Made by a program: the position numbers and the translations under genes
Shown here: positions 19,168-27,941 of the stretch, in pieces
Layout of the letters: every line of letters starts with the position of its first letter
Position numbering within the stretch: position 1 is the first letter of the stretch
Assembly (NCBI GenBank): GCA_964458565.1
Contig: CAYWJO010000029.1
Span: forward strand, 9,641-43,166
DNA length: 33,526 nt
DNA from: an uncultured archaeon
GTDB lineage: Archaea > Asgardarchaeota > Thorarchaeia > Thorarchaeales > Thorarchaeaceae
Reading direction: 5' to 3'
The notes under the pieces: model-generated
What the model saw: the letters and a program-made list of their open reading frames with translations, nothing else
Databases searched by the model: none
What the model was told of the DNA's origin: nothing

Positions 19168-20250
19168 TTACTTAGTTGAGTACGACTTCCAGAGTTCGCC
19201 CCACTCGGTCTCTTCGAAGAACCATTTGACCCATTTCTTACCTCGAAGTGGAAGCCAAAGCCCATCATGATAGAGACCTGAAAGCTGAGTTGGTAACCAC
19301 ATGAGGGGAGACCTAAACATGAACCTTTCCATTCCTGGAAATTTCAGAAAACCACGATTAAATGCAATTACAGGACTCTTGCCAGATCGGAGATTGAGAT
19401 TGGGAAGATCTTTCCACGTTTCAAAATCACCAACTAATTCTATTTTCTCAGGGTCAGATTCACCCAAGCCTAGCTCGGAAGCAATCTGGAGTTTATGAAC
19501 GCACTCCTGAGGTATACCCATTAAACGGGTTTGGACAGTATCAGCAGCAACCATGTCAGACGTAGCTATCAAAAGATTGCCAACTCTTGGGATCATTGTT
19601 CGTGGACCGGGTCCATCGCCAACAATCGTACCATCAGTAAGGACAAATTCAGAATGAGAGATATGTTTCTGTAATAGCAATAAATCGACGAGGACTTCAT
19701 GTATTTTCAGATGTGCGAGATGACGTTTCTTGGTAAGATATAGACCAAAGGAATCCTTCATTGCACCGGTCATTTGTGTGTGGCCATGAGTCTTTATTGT
19801 AGGAAGATGGACGATGTTTGTATTGAATATCTCTTTTGGAGCGATAATCTCACCGAATATCTTTTCCAAAACTAGTGTATCTTGATCTAGTTCGACATCA
19901 ACATATTCTGCTTTGATAAGAGGAAGGAAGTGTATCCTGTGCTTCTTGATGACAGGATACCAATTATTTCCGTGAACACCAGCGTAAATGTTTGTAACTA
20001 CGGTCTCATTTTCAACTGCTTGTATTCGTCTATTATCAAACCCATCAGAAATAAGCTTCTGAAGGAATCCGTCAAAGATGTATGGATTCGTAGAACATGC
20101 GGGATAGAATTTACTCCATGAAAGGTTGAGTTTGATTGTCGTCATCACGTTTTTTGAAATGTGCTTGTCATATTCAGCTAAATCCATGATACGAGCAATA
20201 TCATCAAATACAGTCTTTGGACTTGTTTTAACAACCGCAACTTTAGGCAT
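19168..20250 (-). CDS. DUF362-family protein without a ferredoxin domain
   Basis: KLNL...ST.P, LPTIKTH...TGAMKD.FG, DGT..GDGPGP and D.VAAD match the DUF362 pattern. There is no CxxCxxC motif. Confidence 0.8.
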   Translation of the reverse strand: MPKVAVVKTSPKTVFDDIARIMDLAEYDKHISKNVMTTIKLNLSWSKFYPACSTNPYIFDGFLQKLISDGFDNRRIQAVENETVVTNIYAGVHGNNWYPVIKKHRIHFLPLIKAEYVDVELDQDTLVLEKIFGEIIAPKEIFNTNIVHLPTIKTHGHTQMTGAMKDSFGLYLTKKRHLAHLKIHEVLVDLLLLQKHISHSEFVLTDGTIVGDGPGPRTMIPRVGNLLIATSDMVAADTVQTRLMGIPQECVHKLQIASELGLGESDPEKIELVGDFETWKDLPNLNLRSGKSPVIAFNRGFLKFPGMERFMFRSPLMWLPTQLSGLYHDGLWLPLRGKKWVKWFFEETEWGELWKSYSTK

Positions 20251-20355
20251 TATTCACGTCAACCTCGGGAGATATTTTAGGATTAACACGCACCTATGTT
20301 TGTAAACAATTGTATATACCTTATGAAGATAGCTTAATGTAAAAGGACGTACTGT

Positions 20356-21192
20356 TCAAATTTTGACCTGTTGGACTTTCAGATTCTTATCAAGATGAAC
20401 AATCTTCGGTGTTACTCTTCCCATATACGATGCACTGAACACGCTAACAAGTCTTCCATTAAAAAATAACTTAACGCCATCCTGGTATACTTCATGTGCT
20501 CTAATCATTAGTCGATAGTTCAATGAATCCATGAATTCATTGAATGCTAATTCTCCAAACACAAGTGATTTACCCCCTCGAGGATTTGGATTGAAATAGA
20601 ATTCACCTTCTGCTGGATCATTCCACATCAGCTGGAATGCTGTCGAGTCGATAAATTCTCTATTAAAGCGATCAATATCTTTTATCTGTTTTAGAGATTG
20701 GACAGACCTTGGAACACCTCCATGGCAAGCAAAGACAGAACTTGGATTTGAACCAGCAAGTGGTAGTACTGAGAACATATCGCAATAACTATGAAAGATG
20801 TCATCTGAGTAGTTTGCTTTGATTACATCTCTAAAGCCATAGATTGAAGCCACGCTTTCGGATTCATGATTTCCTCTTAGCATAGTAACTCTATCAGGAA
20901 ATTTTAACACTAAAGAGGAAACCAAATTAATTGTTTCAATCTGAGCTGGACCTCGATCAGCATAGTCACCTAAGAATACTAGATATGAGTGTGATTTCAA
21001 AAATATATCCTTAATCTTAAGAAGCGAAGTTAACTCCCCGTGTAAATCTCCAACGAATAAAACATTCTCTTTTGGAATTGAAATAACATTAGGACTCTTC
21101 TTGTAATGGTCAAAAAGCATACCATTTAGTTGAAGAATATCTTCACTGGTTATTGCACGGTTTCCTTCAAACACCTTCTGAATTACACTCAT
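20356..21192 (-). CDS. PPP-family serine/threonine protein phosphatase (PP1/PP2A-like)
   Basis: GDLHG, GDYADRG, LRGNHE, HGG, WNDP, NPRG, RAHE and VFSASY. Confidence 0.92.
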   Translation of the reverse strand: MSVIQKVFEGNRAITSEDILQLNGMLFDHYKKSPNVISIPKENVLFVGDLHGELTSLLKIKDIFLKSHSYLVFLGDYADRGPAQIETINLVSSLVLKFPDRVTMLRGNHESESVASIYGFRDVIKANYSDDIFHSYCDMFSVLPLAGSNPSSVFACHGGVPRSVQSLKQIKDIDRFNREFIDSTAFQLMWNDPAEGEFYFNPNPRGGKSLVFGELAFNEFMDSLNYRLMIRAHEVYQDGVKLFFNGRLVSVFSASYMGRVTPKIVHLDKNLKVQQVKI

Positions 21193-21204
21193 TCGTTACA
21201 CCAT

Positions 21205-21708
21205 TTATTCCCAGTTCATTATCTTAAATGCTAGTTCTATTGCTTCTCTAGGATTCTTAGCTGGAATAATAGTATCAGTACGACGATTATCTATCTTCTC
21301 ACCAGCAAGTCTACCAGACCATCCACCCGTATTGGCCAAAGCTATCAAAGGACGATCTGAGAACCAAGCGATTGCCATTTCGCTTAGTGTTCCTGCAGAT
21401 CCATCAACTGATACCACTACATCACCTGCCTTTGCAACGAGAAAATTACGAGCATATCCGAGACCTGTAGGAATTACTATATCCAAATAATCATTAGATG
21501 CATCTTTTGAATCAAAAGGTGTGATTCCAATTGTCAGCCCTCCCTCTGATTTAGCACCCCTACAAGCAGATTCCATGATGCCACCCATGCCACCGCAGAC
21601 AAGAACAGCATTCTTCTTCGCTATCTCGCGGCCAAGTTCCTCAGCAATTCGGAGGTTCTCATCTGAACTCTCAGAACCACCTATTATTGAAATCATCCGA
21701 CGTCGCAT
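21205..21708 (-). CDS. LOG/SLOG-family protein (TIGR00725 type; putative nucleotide phosphoribohydrolase)
   Basis: CGGMGGIME...GA...GG.TIGI.P, TGLGYARN and G.AGTLSE motifs. Confidence 0.88.
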   Translation of the reverse strand: MRRRMISIIGGSESSDENLRIAEELGREIAKKNAVLVCGGMGGIMESACRGAKSEGGLTIGITPFDSKDASNDYLDIVIPTGLGYARNFLVAKAGDVVVSVDGSAGTLSEMAIAWFSDRPLIALANTGGWSGRLAGEKIDNRRTDTIIPAKNPREAIELAFKIMNWE

Positions 21709-21822
21709 GATAACTACACCTATTTGATAGATGCTAGGATTGATTTAATACTTCAACCTATCGAACGTGTAATAACCAAGAGAGATTGTGAATATTAGAA
21801 TTATATTTGGAAGTGATTTTCT

Positions 21823-22173
21823 TTGGTAACAATATATAGAGCTTCAAAAGAAAATGAAATACGTAAGAAAGGATACTTTGCGGATTATGTAGCAGATGTC
21901 AAATTACTTAGGCAGGTTGATACCGCAGGTGTGATAATCGTATCAATCCCAGAAGGACAGACTTCACCACATTTTCATCGAGAGCTGGAGGAACTATTCA
22001 TCGCTTGTACTCCTGTCGATATTTACATTGATGAAAAAAAGTATCTTCTTGAAAAGGGAGATGTTGTTCTTGTCGCACCAGGGGAACATCACTACTTCGT
22101 TTCTCCTCCAGGGCATACAAGTTGGATTATTGCCATCAAACTACCAAATCTTAAAGATGACAAAGGGTGTTAG
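21823..22173 (+). CDS. Cupin-domain protein
   Basis: PHFH...EELF and GDVVLVAPGEHHYF cupin metal-binding motifs; TTG start. Confidence 0.85.
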   Translation: MVTIYRASKENEIRKKGYFADYVADVKLLRQVDTAGVIIVSIPEGQTSPHFHRELEELFIACTPVDIYIDEKKYLLEKGDVVLVAPGEHHYFVSPPGHTSWIIAIKLPNLKDDKGC

Positions 22174-22175
22174 GG

Positions 22176-22580
22176 TCAGTAATCATCATCTTCAAAATAG
22201 AGATCAACAGGATCATCAACAGGTCTACGAATTCTACTTTTTGGTATCACACGATCCAACATATCTTCCATCTCTTCCCATCCGCGATATCGTTTTCTAC
22301 GACCAAAATATCCAGCTAGAGTAACAAGGATAAAACCAACAGCACCCAAGATTATGACCTCAGTAGGAGAATCAAACATATAGGAAGTCAATGAGAGTGC
22401 TAAAACTACAATTCCAGATAGAATCAACATGTTAAGATAACAATCACAAGTAATTCCAAGCTCGTTTGGTCCAACTTGAAAATCCTTTGGTTCTGAACCA
22501 GGAGCAAGGTTGAGATAGTAGTTGAATAAAGTCGCAACTGCTATTCCAAAAACCACTGTTAGGAGTAGTAGAAGGTCCAC
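22176..22580 (-). CDS. Small membrane protein (3 TM helices, acidic C-terminus), function unknown
   Basis: Three hydrophobic segments; GTG start preceded by an SD-like GTGA; lies 20 bp downstream of the PIN gene. Confidence 0.7.
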   Translation of the reverse strand: MDLLLLLTVVFGIAVATLFNYYLNLAPGSEPKDFQVGPNELGITCDCYLNMLILSGIVVLALSLTSYMFDSPTEVIILGAVGFILVTLAGYFGRRKRYRGWEEMEDMLDRVIPKSRIRRPVDDPVDLYFEDDDY

Positions 22581-22600
22581 TCTGATTCACTTCCAGTTTC

Positions 22601-24415
22601 TTATGCTTCTGCTTCAGGTTTAGCCATTTTCAAACTACTGAATCCATATTCACCCTCGATTGAAATTTCACTATCTTCCTCGGGGGAGATTAGTAGGATT
22701 ATAGAATGTTTATTAATTGAAGCCTTATCAGCATTAGCAACTAGGAATTTACCTTTTGCTAGTGCAACCTTATAGCCTGTTCTTAGATTTCGAAGATCAG
22801 GATGAGATGCAATATCTATGCCTATTCGAATCTGCAACTTGGCATTTCTCACGATAAGATAATCAGTACCACTAATTTTGACATTCGTAAGAATATCCAT
22901 CCATCCTTGAAGTTCGTCTGGCATTTCTGATACTGAAATAGGCTTATTGGGTATCTTGATATCTAATGGAGGTATGTTGCCTTGCACTTCATTGAGAATT
23001 GGTGTAACAGAAGCAGTGCTCCAACCCTTTTTCACAAATGATCTCAATGCATGTTCAGCAATCTTCTCCAATGCAGGCTTTAAACGATCACGTGATGATG
23101 ATGAGATTTTGTAGAGCATCTGAAATGATGCTTCAGCTCCATCTTCTCGACCATAAGCAACAGCAATTTTGTATGCATTAACTGAGAGCTGCCATGCATT
23201 GTCCTGATCATCAAACTGAAGACAATACTTTGAAACATCATTTAATAGCGCGACTGTCTGAGTAGGATGCTGTAATTTTGTTTTAGTCAGACTGAAACCT
23301 CCCATAAATTTACGCAAAATCTGCATAGTGATGTAAATTCCTTCTGAGGTTTCCTTCATGTCCTCTAGGCCAGCTCTTTCAAGCAGACTGTCATAAAGAC
23401 CATAATAATAATCGATTTCATCATAATCCTCGCGAATTAACGCAAGAACAATTCGCACCATAAACACAGACGCCTTCAGTTCTTCATTTGATATCCCAGT
23501 AAACATGAGTAATCGGAAAGCTTCGTCACTAACAGATAATGAGTCTTCAACTCCTTCTTTTGTACCTCGATAGAGATGACACATGCTTTCCAAGTAATAG
23601 AGAAATAATGTTAGATCTGATGCATGTTCAACTAGAGTTTGATGAGTTTCACTATCATTGGTCAGAGTGGACATGATTAACAGTCGTTCAATCTCGTTTT
23701 GGATAGCCTCAATTTCGTTCGCGAGAACATCATAACGACCCTCTTTGAAATCATCGAACATTTTGGGAATATCAGCTTTTATGTCTTCCAAGAAATCAAG
23801 CACAAACAAGGGTTGTCCCTTTGTGATTCTTCGATCGAGCTCTTCAGCAGGTCGTTTAACAGTACGTAAGACCCGAAGCGCATGATCCTCAATCATTCGT
23901 ATCCTTGTAACTGGATCATATGATTCCATTCGAGAGATGCTATATTTGACTTCTTCAGAGTAGATGCGTTCACGTATTTTTGATAATTCCTTCTTGAGAG
24001 TATCATCATCGATGGATTCCATCAGTTCCAGAACGAAAGCTGAACCAACTATTCCTTCAACATTAACATCAAGGTCTTGAATAGTCGTGATAAGCTTCAT
24101 ATCACTCGTTACAACCTTAGAGCCCTTTGTTCTCATGGCGGCCAATACCAGTGACATATCATTTGGCTGAGGTAATGAACTCTCAGGTTTATTTATACTC
24201 TCCATGAAGCTCTTGATATCTTTAGTCAGAGTTTCTTCGATGAGTATCATTTGTTCAACGGTACGTCGTAAGTACCATCTAAGTTCCTGAAAGATTTGAC
24301 GAGACACCCATAGTTCCATACCAGCTTTTTCAGCGGCATCCTTTATCACAAAAACATCATTTGGACGTTCTGAAAATCCGCTGATGAAGAAGTTGGCATC
24401 TAAGTAAACACGCAT
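22601..24415 (-). CDS. Large PIN-domain protein (N-terminal PIN, central alpha-solenoid, beta-rich C-terminus)
   Basis: MRVYLDANFFI...FQEL...PNDMSL...VVTSDMKL supplies all four acidic PIN residues. The likely start is ATG24415, with GGAG upstream. Confidence 0.8.
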   Translation of the reverse strand: MRVYLDANFFISGFSERPNDVFVIKDAAEKAGMELWVSRQIFQELRWYLRRTVEQMILIEETLTKDIKSFMESINKPESSLPQPNDMSLVLAAMRTKGSKVVTSDMKLITTIQDLDVNVEGIVGSAFVLELMESIDDDTLKKELSKIRERIYSEEVKYSISRMESYDPVTRIRMIEDHALRVLRTVKRPAEELDRRITKGQPLFVLDFLEDIKADIPKMFDDFKEGRYDVLANEIEAIQNEIERLLIMSTLTNDSETHQTLVEHASDLTLFLYYLESMCHLYRGTKEGVEDSLSVSDEAFRLLMFTGISNEELKASVFMVRIVLALIREDYDEIDYYYGLYDSLLERAGLEDMKETSEGIYITMQILRKFMGGFSLTKTKLQHPTQTVALLNDVSKYCLQFDDQDNAWQLSVNAYKIAVAYGREDGAEASFQMLYKISSSSRDRLKPALEKIAEHALRSFVKKGWSTASVTPILNEVQGNIPPLDIKIPNKPISVSEMPDELQGWMDILTNVKISGTDYLIVRNAKLQIRIGIDIASHPDLRNLRTGYKVALAKGKFLVANADKASINKHSIILLISPEEDSEISIEGEYGFSSLKMAKPEAEA

Positions 24416-24652
24416 TGTAATTCTACTCCAAATTTTCACTCATGAGATGAACATGTTTCGCTCTGAAGGTATAGTTCAGTCTAGTGAAATTTACTCACAT
24501 TAAGGTCTTCCGCTATGTGAGGTTCTCTTACCTGTTTTCGATAAGGTATTACGGTTAAACCTTGTGTTGTATGATACTTTCAGATCTCGTTTCACTTCAA
24601 TATGCTTAAATCACCGCATAGTTCAGCTCGCGTTAAATTAGAGGTAGAGCTA

Positions 24653-26110
24653 ATGACCAAGAAGAATAAGCCTACAATTGAAGAAATTCTTCAGATCGAA
24701 TCAGTTGCAATAGTAGGAGTTTCTGCTCAGATGGGATATTACTGGGCATATTCAATGTTACAATGGAAGCACAATCTAAGAGTTTGGCTTGTTTCACAAA
24801 GTGGTGGGGAGGTTCTTGGTCATAAGATCTACCAGAGCCTGGGTGAAATACCAGAGGATATTGATTATGCAATTATAGCTGTTCCTTACAAAGCAGTACC
24901 GAGTGTTCTAAAGGAGACGGCAGACAAGGGAGCCAAAGGGGCTACGATTTTTACGAGTGGGTTTTCTGAACTCGCCACAGCGGAAGGAATCCAAAGAGAG
25001 ATTGATTTAAAGCAATTAATCAATAGCTTACCAATCCGTGTGTTCGGGCCCAATTGTATGGGTTTAATGTATCCAAAACTAGGTTTCGCGTTTATGCCAA
25101 CTGTAAAGAGATTAAGCGGAGATGTTGGTTTAATATCACAATCAGGGGGCGTTGTTATCACCACATACACTGCAGCTGTCGAGTCTGGAGTTGGAATTAG
25201 TAAGATATTCAGTTTTGGTAATGCTTCAGATATTACACCAGTTGAGCTACTCGATTATTTTGAGAACGATAGTGAAACCGATGTCATTGGTATTTATATT
25301 GAGGGCACAAAAGAAGGGAAGAAACTTCTGGGAAACCTAAGGAGAATAGCACAAAATAAACCAATTGTAGTTGTAAAAGGAGGAAGATCTACTGCAGGTA
25401 CAAGAGCAGTATCTTCACACACCGGTGCACTTGCTGGTAGTAGTGAGATATGGGATGCTGCATTTCGTCAGGCAAATGTTGTTCAAGTTAATACACTTGA
25501 AGATTTAGTTTCCACACTCAGTATATTTTCAAAGTGTCCGCCTCCAAAATCAAGGAAAACCGCCATCTTAGCGATTAGTGGGGGTACTAGTGTAGTCTAT
25601 ACTGATCTATGTGTCAAAGCAGGTCTAGAGATTCCAACATCATCAAATGAAACAGTTCAGAAACTTCGCTCCGTAATGAGAAGTGTTGGTAATGCTGTTG
25701 GAAATCCAATAGACTTAGCAGCTGATTATTATTCGGATCAGATACTTTCAGAAGTCGTTCGGATTGTTGGGGAGGATCCTGAATTTGACTCCATTATTAT
25801 GCAAGCGGATGTTCATAATATACATCAAGTAGCTGCAATCATGGATGCAGAGGAAGAGGTCCAAGAACTCTGGGGAGTAATGGCAAAGGCAGGACGAAAG
25901 GTTATGGATGAACTAAAGAAACCTGTTCTTGTCGCAATTCCTGAAGTGGCATATCCTGAGGCTCGAATGAAAGCATGGGATCAATTTGTTAATCATGGGT
26001 TACCAATATTCAGGAATATTGATGAAGCCATAGGGGCACTTGTTAAAGTCTGTGCATATCATGAAACCAAACAGAGTCGTCAAAGCGCAGCATCTGAATC
26101 ATCGAGGTGA
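24653..26110 (+). CDS. NDP-forming acyl-CoA synthetase alpha-subunit-like protein (CoA-binding plus ligase domains)
   Basis: IDYAIIAVP, FTSGFSE, GPNCMG, SQSGG, SFGN..D, YIEG, the phospho-His motif SHTGALAG, and NPID. The likely start is ATG24653 after GAGGTAG. Confidence 0.9.
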   Translation: MTKKNKPTIEEILQIESVAIVGVSAQMGYYWAYSMLQWKHNLRVWLVSQSGGEVLGHKIYQSLGEIPEDIDYAIIAVPYKAVPSVLKETADKGAKGATIFTSGFSELATAEGIQREIDLKQLINSLPIRVFGPNCMGLMYPKLGFAFMPTVKRLSGDVGLISQSGGVVITTYTAAVESGVGISKIFSFGNASDITPVELLDYFENDSETDVIGIYIEGTKEGKKLLGNLRRIAQNKPIVVVKGGRSTAGTRAVSSHTGALAGSSEIWDAAFRQANVVQVNTLEDLVSTLSIFSKCPPPKSRKTAILAISGGTSVVYTDLCVKAGLEIPTSSNETVQKLRSVMRSVGNAVGNPIDLAADYYSDQILSEVVRIVGEDPEFDSIIMQADVHNIHQVAAIMDAEEEVQELWGVMAKAGRKVMDELKKPVLVAIPEVAYPEARMKAWDQFVNHGLPIFRNIDEAIGALVKVCAYHETKQSRQSAASESSR

Positions 26111-26149
26111 TTCGTTCAACATTGATCAGTTCACAGGTTGTAGGATGAT

Positions 26150-26680
26150 ATGAGCATTTTAACAATACCAAGTGTTGTTCTTGCTATACTTCTCTGCATA
26201 CTCGCGCTATTGATATGGATAGCTTGGCCTTCAGTGATTGGTGCACCATGGGTGCCAACACCAAATAAGAGAGTGCGAGGTATGTTGGAATTAGCTCAAG
26301 TGAGCAAAGATGATATACTATACGATTTGGGGTCTGGTGATGGACGCATCATTATAATGGCAGCTGAGGAATTTGGTGCTCAATCCGTTGGTATCGAAGT
26401 AGACCCAATAAGAATTATGTTATCAAAGTTCAGAATAAAGCGTCGTGGTCTTGAAAAGAGTGTGAAAGTAATTCGTGGAAATTTCTTTCACATCAGCATT
26501 AAAGACGCAACAGTTGTTACTCTTTATCAAGGTCATGGAATTAATCAGAGAATCGCAGAGAAACTGGCTAATGATTTGACTCCAGGTTCAAGGATTGTTT
26601 CCTACAAATTTATCTTTGAAGACTGGATACCCATCCAAACAAATATTGAAGACTCACTCTACCTCTATCTAGTCCAATGA
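26150..26680 (+). CDS. Membrane-anchored class I SAM-dependent methyltransferase (FAM173/aKMT-like)
   Basis: N-terminal TM helix, then GAPWVPTP, YDLGSGDGRI, GIEVDP, ATVVTLY and PGSRIVS. Confidence 0.85.
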   Translation: MSILTIPSVVLAILLCILALLIWIAWPSVIGAPWVPTPNKRVRGMLELAQVSKDDILYDLGSGDGRIIIMAAEEFGAQSVGIEVDPIRIMLSKFRIKRRGLEKSVKVIRGNFFHISIKDATVVTLYQGHGINQRIAEKLANDLTPGSRIVSYKFIFEDWIPIQTNIEDSLYLYLVQ

Positions 26681-26702
26681 CAACCTCAACAGTAATTGAG
26701 AG

Positions 26703-27872
26703 CTAATCGCTAGTCCAATATTTCCTGCGAACTACATCAATTTCTGGCTTCATTGAACGGGCAATACTTAGAATATAATTCTCCATACTCTTCGAAATTG
26801 ATGGACGCTCAAGTTCTATTGCTTCTTCAATATCTTCAGTCTTTACCTCCAAACCTACTTTCCTAAGACTTGCTTCTACCTGAGCAAGACCATGGAGGTC
26901 TGTTTCAAGACTGAATTCAAGGGCTCTCAATATATCGACCCCATATGCAGTGAACCATAAAGGACGCAATAGTACCTTAGACCCATGAATCAATATTCGT
27001 GTGTTTTCGATTTCTTTTCGACGTTCTTTCACAATAAGAGAAATCAGGCGTGATGCCGCAGACTTTTGGAATTGTGCAACGTCAAGAAACAAAGTTGGTC
27101 CACCTCTCATTATCTGAGTTTCAAGAAGGTCAACTGTAACATCATAAATAGCATCAATGACCTCATGAGGTGAAAGAGACTTATCAATAGGTGAGATAAT
27201 GTTTATTGGTTCTCCATCATAACCTGCTAACTCAGGCAGGCCAAATCCCTCCAGGAGACCTCTCTGAGTATGAAACCAATATTCAGGATCAATCTTTCTT
27301 AATATCAAAGTAAGACACATTTTAAGAGATTGCCAATTATTCAAGGATCCTTGCTGTATGTAATTCACCCATTCAATATGAGGGAAGAGAGGCCCACCGA
27401 ATCTTTGAACATCTTTTTTTTCTGTGACTATATTCTTGTAAAAACCTAAAGGTTCGTACACATACTTGAATACCATATCTAGATTGACAGTCGTCCCTGG
27501 ATCGATGGCGATTATCGCCTTATCAACAATAGGAGTGAGATTAATTCGCTGAAACCAATTCTCAGTGAGATAGACATCCCATAATTTCTCACATTCCCGC
27601 AAGGGCCAGAGGTCAATATTTGCTATATTGTTTGATTCTAGCTTTATTGTTCTTAGATTACGACATGATCTTAATGAGTCCAAGTTGATGGATTTCAATT
27701 GATTCCCACTAAGGTCAAGTATTTCCAAATTAGCACATTTTGAGATGGGAGATAAATCAATACTCTCAATAACCTGCATTGAGAGGTCTATTTTTCTTGT
27801 ATTGATGTCACATGTTTCGTATTGTCGTCCATATGGACCGTGAAAGGTGAAAGTCACTTCTGATTCATGCAT
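26703..27872 (-). CDS. Leucine-rich repeat protein with a C-terminal helical domain
   Basis: About four 22-aa LRRs of the form LxxLxLxxNxL/IxxI(D/N)LxPL (e.g. LEILDLSGNQLKSINLDSL), followed by a non-LRR domain. Confidence 0.85.
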   Translation of the reverse strand: MHESEVTFTFHGPYGRQYETCDINTRKIDLSMQVIESIDLSPISKCANLEILDLSGNQLKSINLDSLRSCRNLRTIKLESNNIANIDLWPLRECEKLWDVYLTENWFQRINLTPIVDKAIIAIDPGTTVNLDMVFKYVYEPLGFYKNIVTEKKDVQRFGGPLFPHIEWVNYIQQGSLNNWQSLKMCLTLILRKIDPEYWFHTQRGLLEGFGLPELAGYDGEPINIISPIDKSLSPHEVIDAIYDVTVDLLETQIMRGGPTLFLDVAQFQKSAASRLISLIVKERRKEIENTRILIHGSKVLLRPLWFTAYGVDILRALEFSLETDLHGLAQVEASLRKVGLEVKTEDIEEAIELERPSISKSMENYILSIARSMKPEIDVVRRKYWTSD

Positions 27873-27941
27873 CTCATGATGAATGGATTACGATGTCTTT
27901 AAGGATATATCTCATTCATGAATGACCGTGTATAGTAATTG

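Noticed and set aside
22601-24415. Classical VapBC toxin-antitoxin pair
   Set aside because: The protein is about four times the size of VapC and there is no upstream antitoxin ORF.
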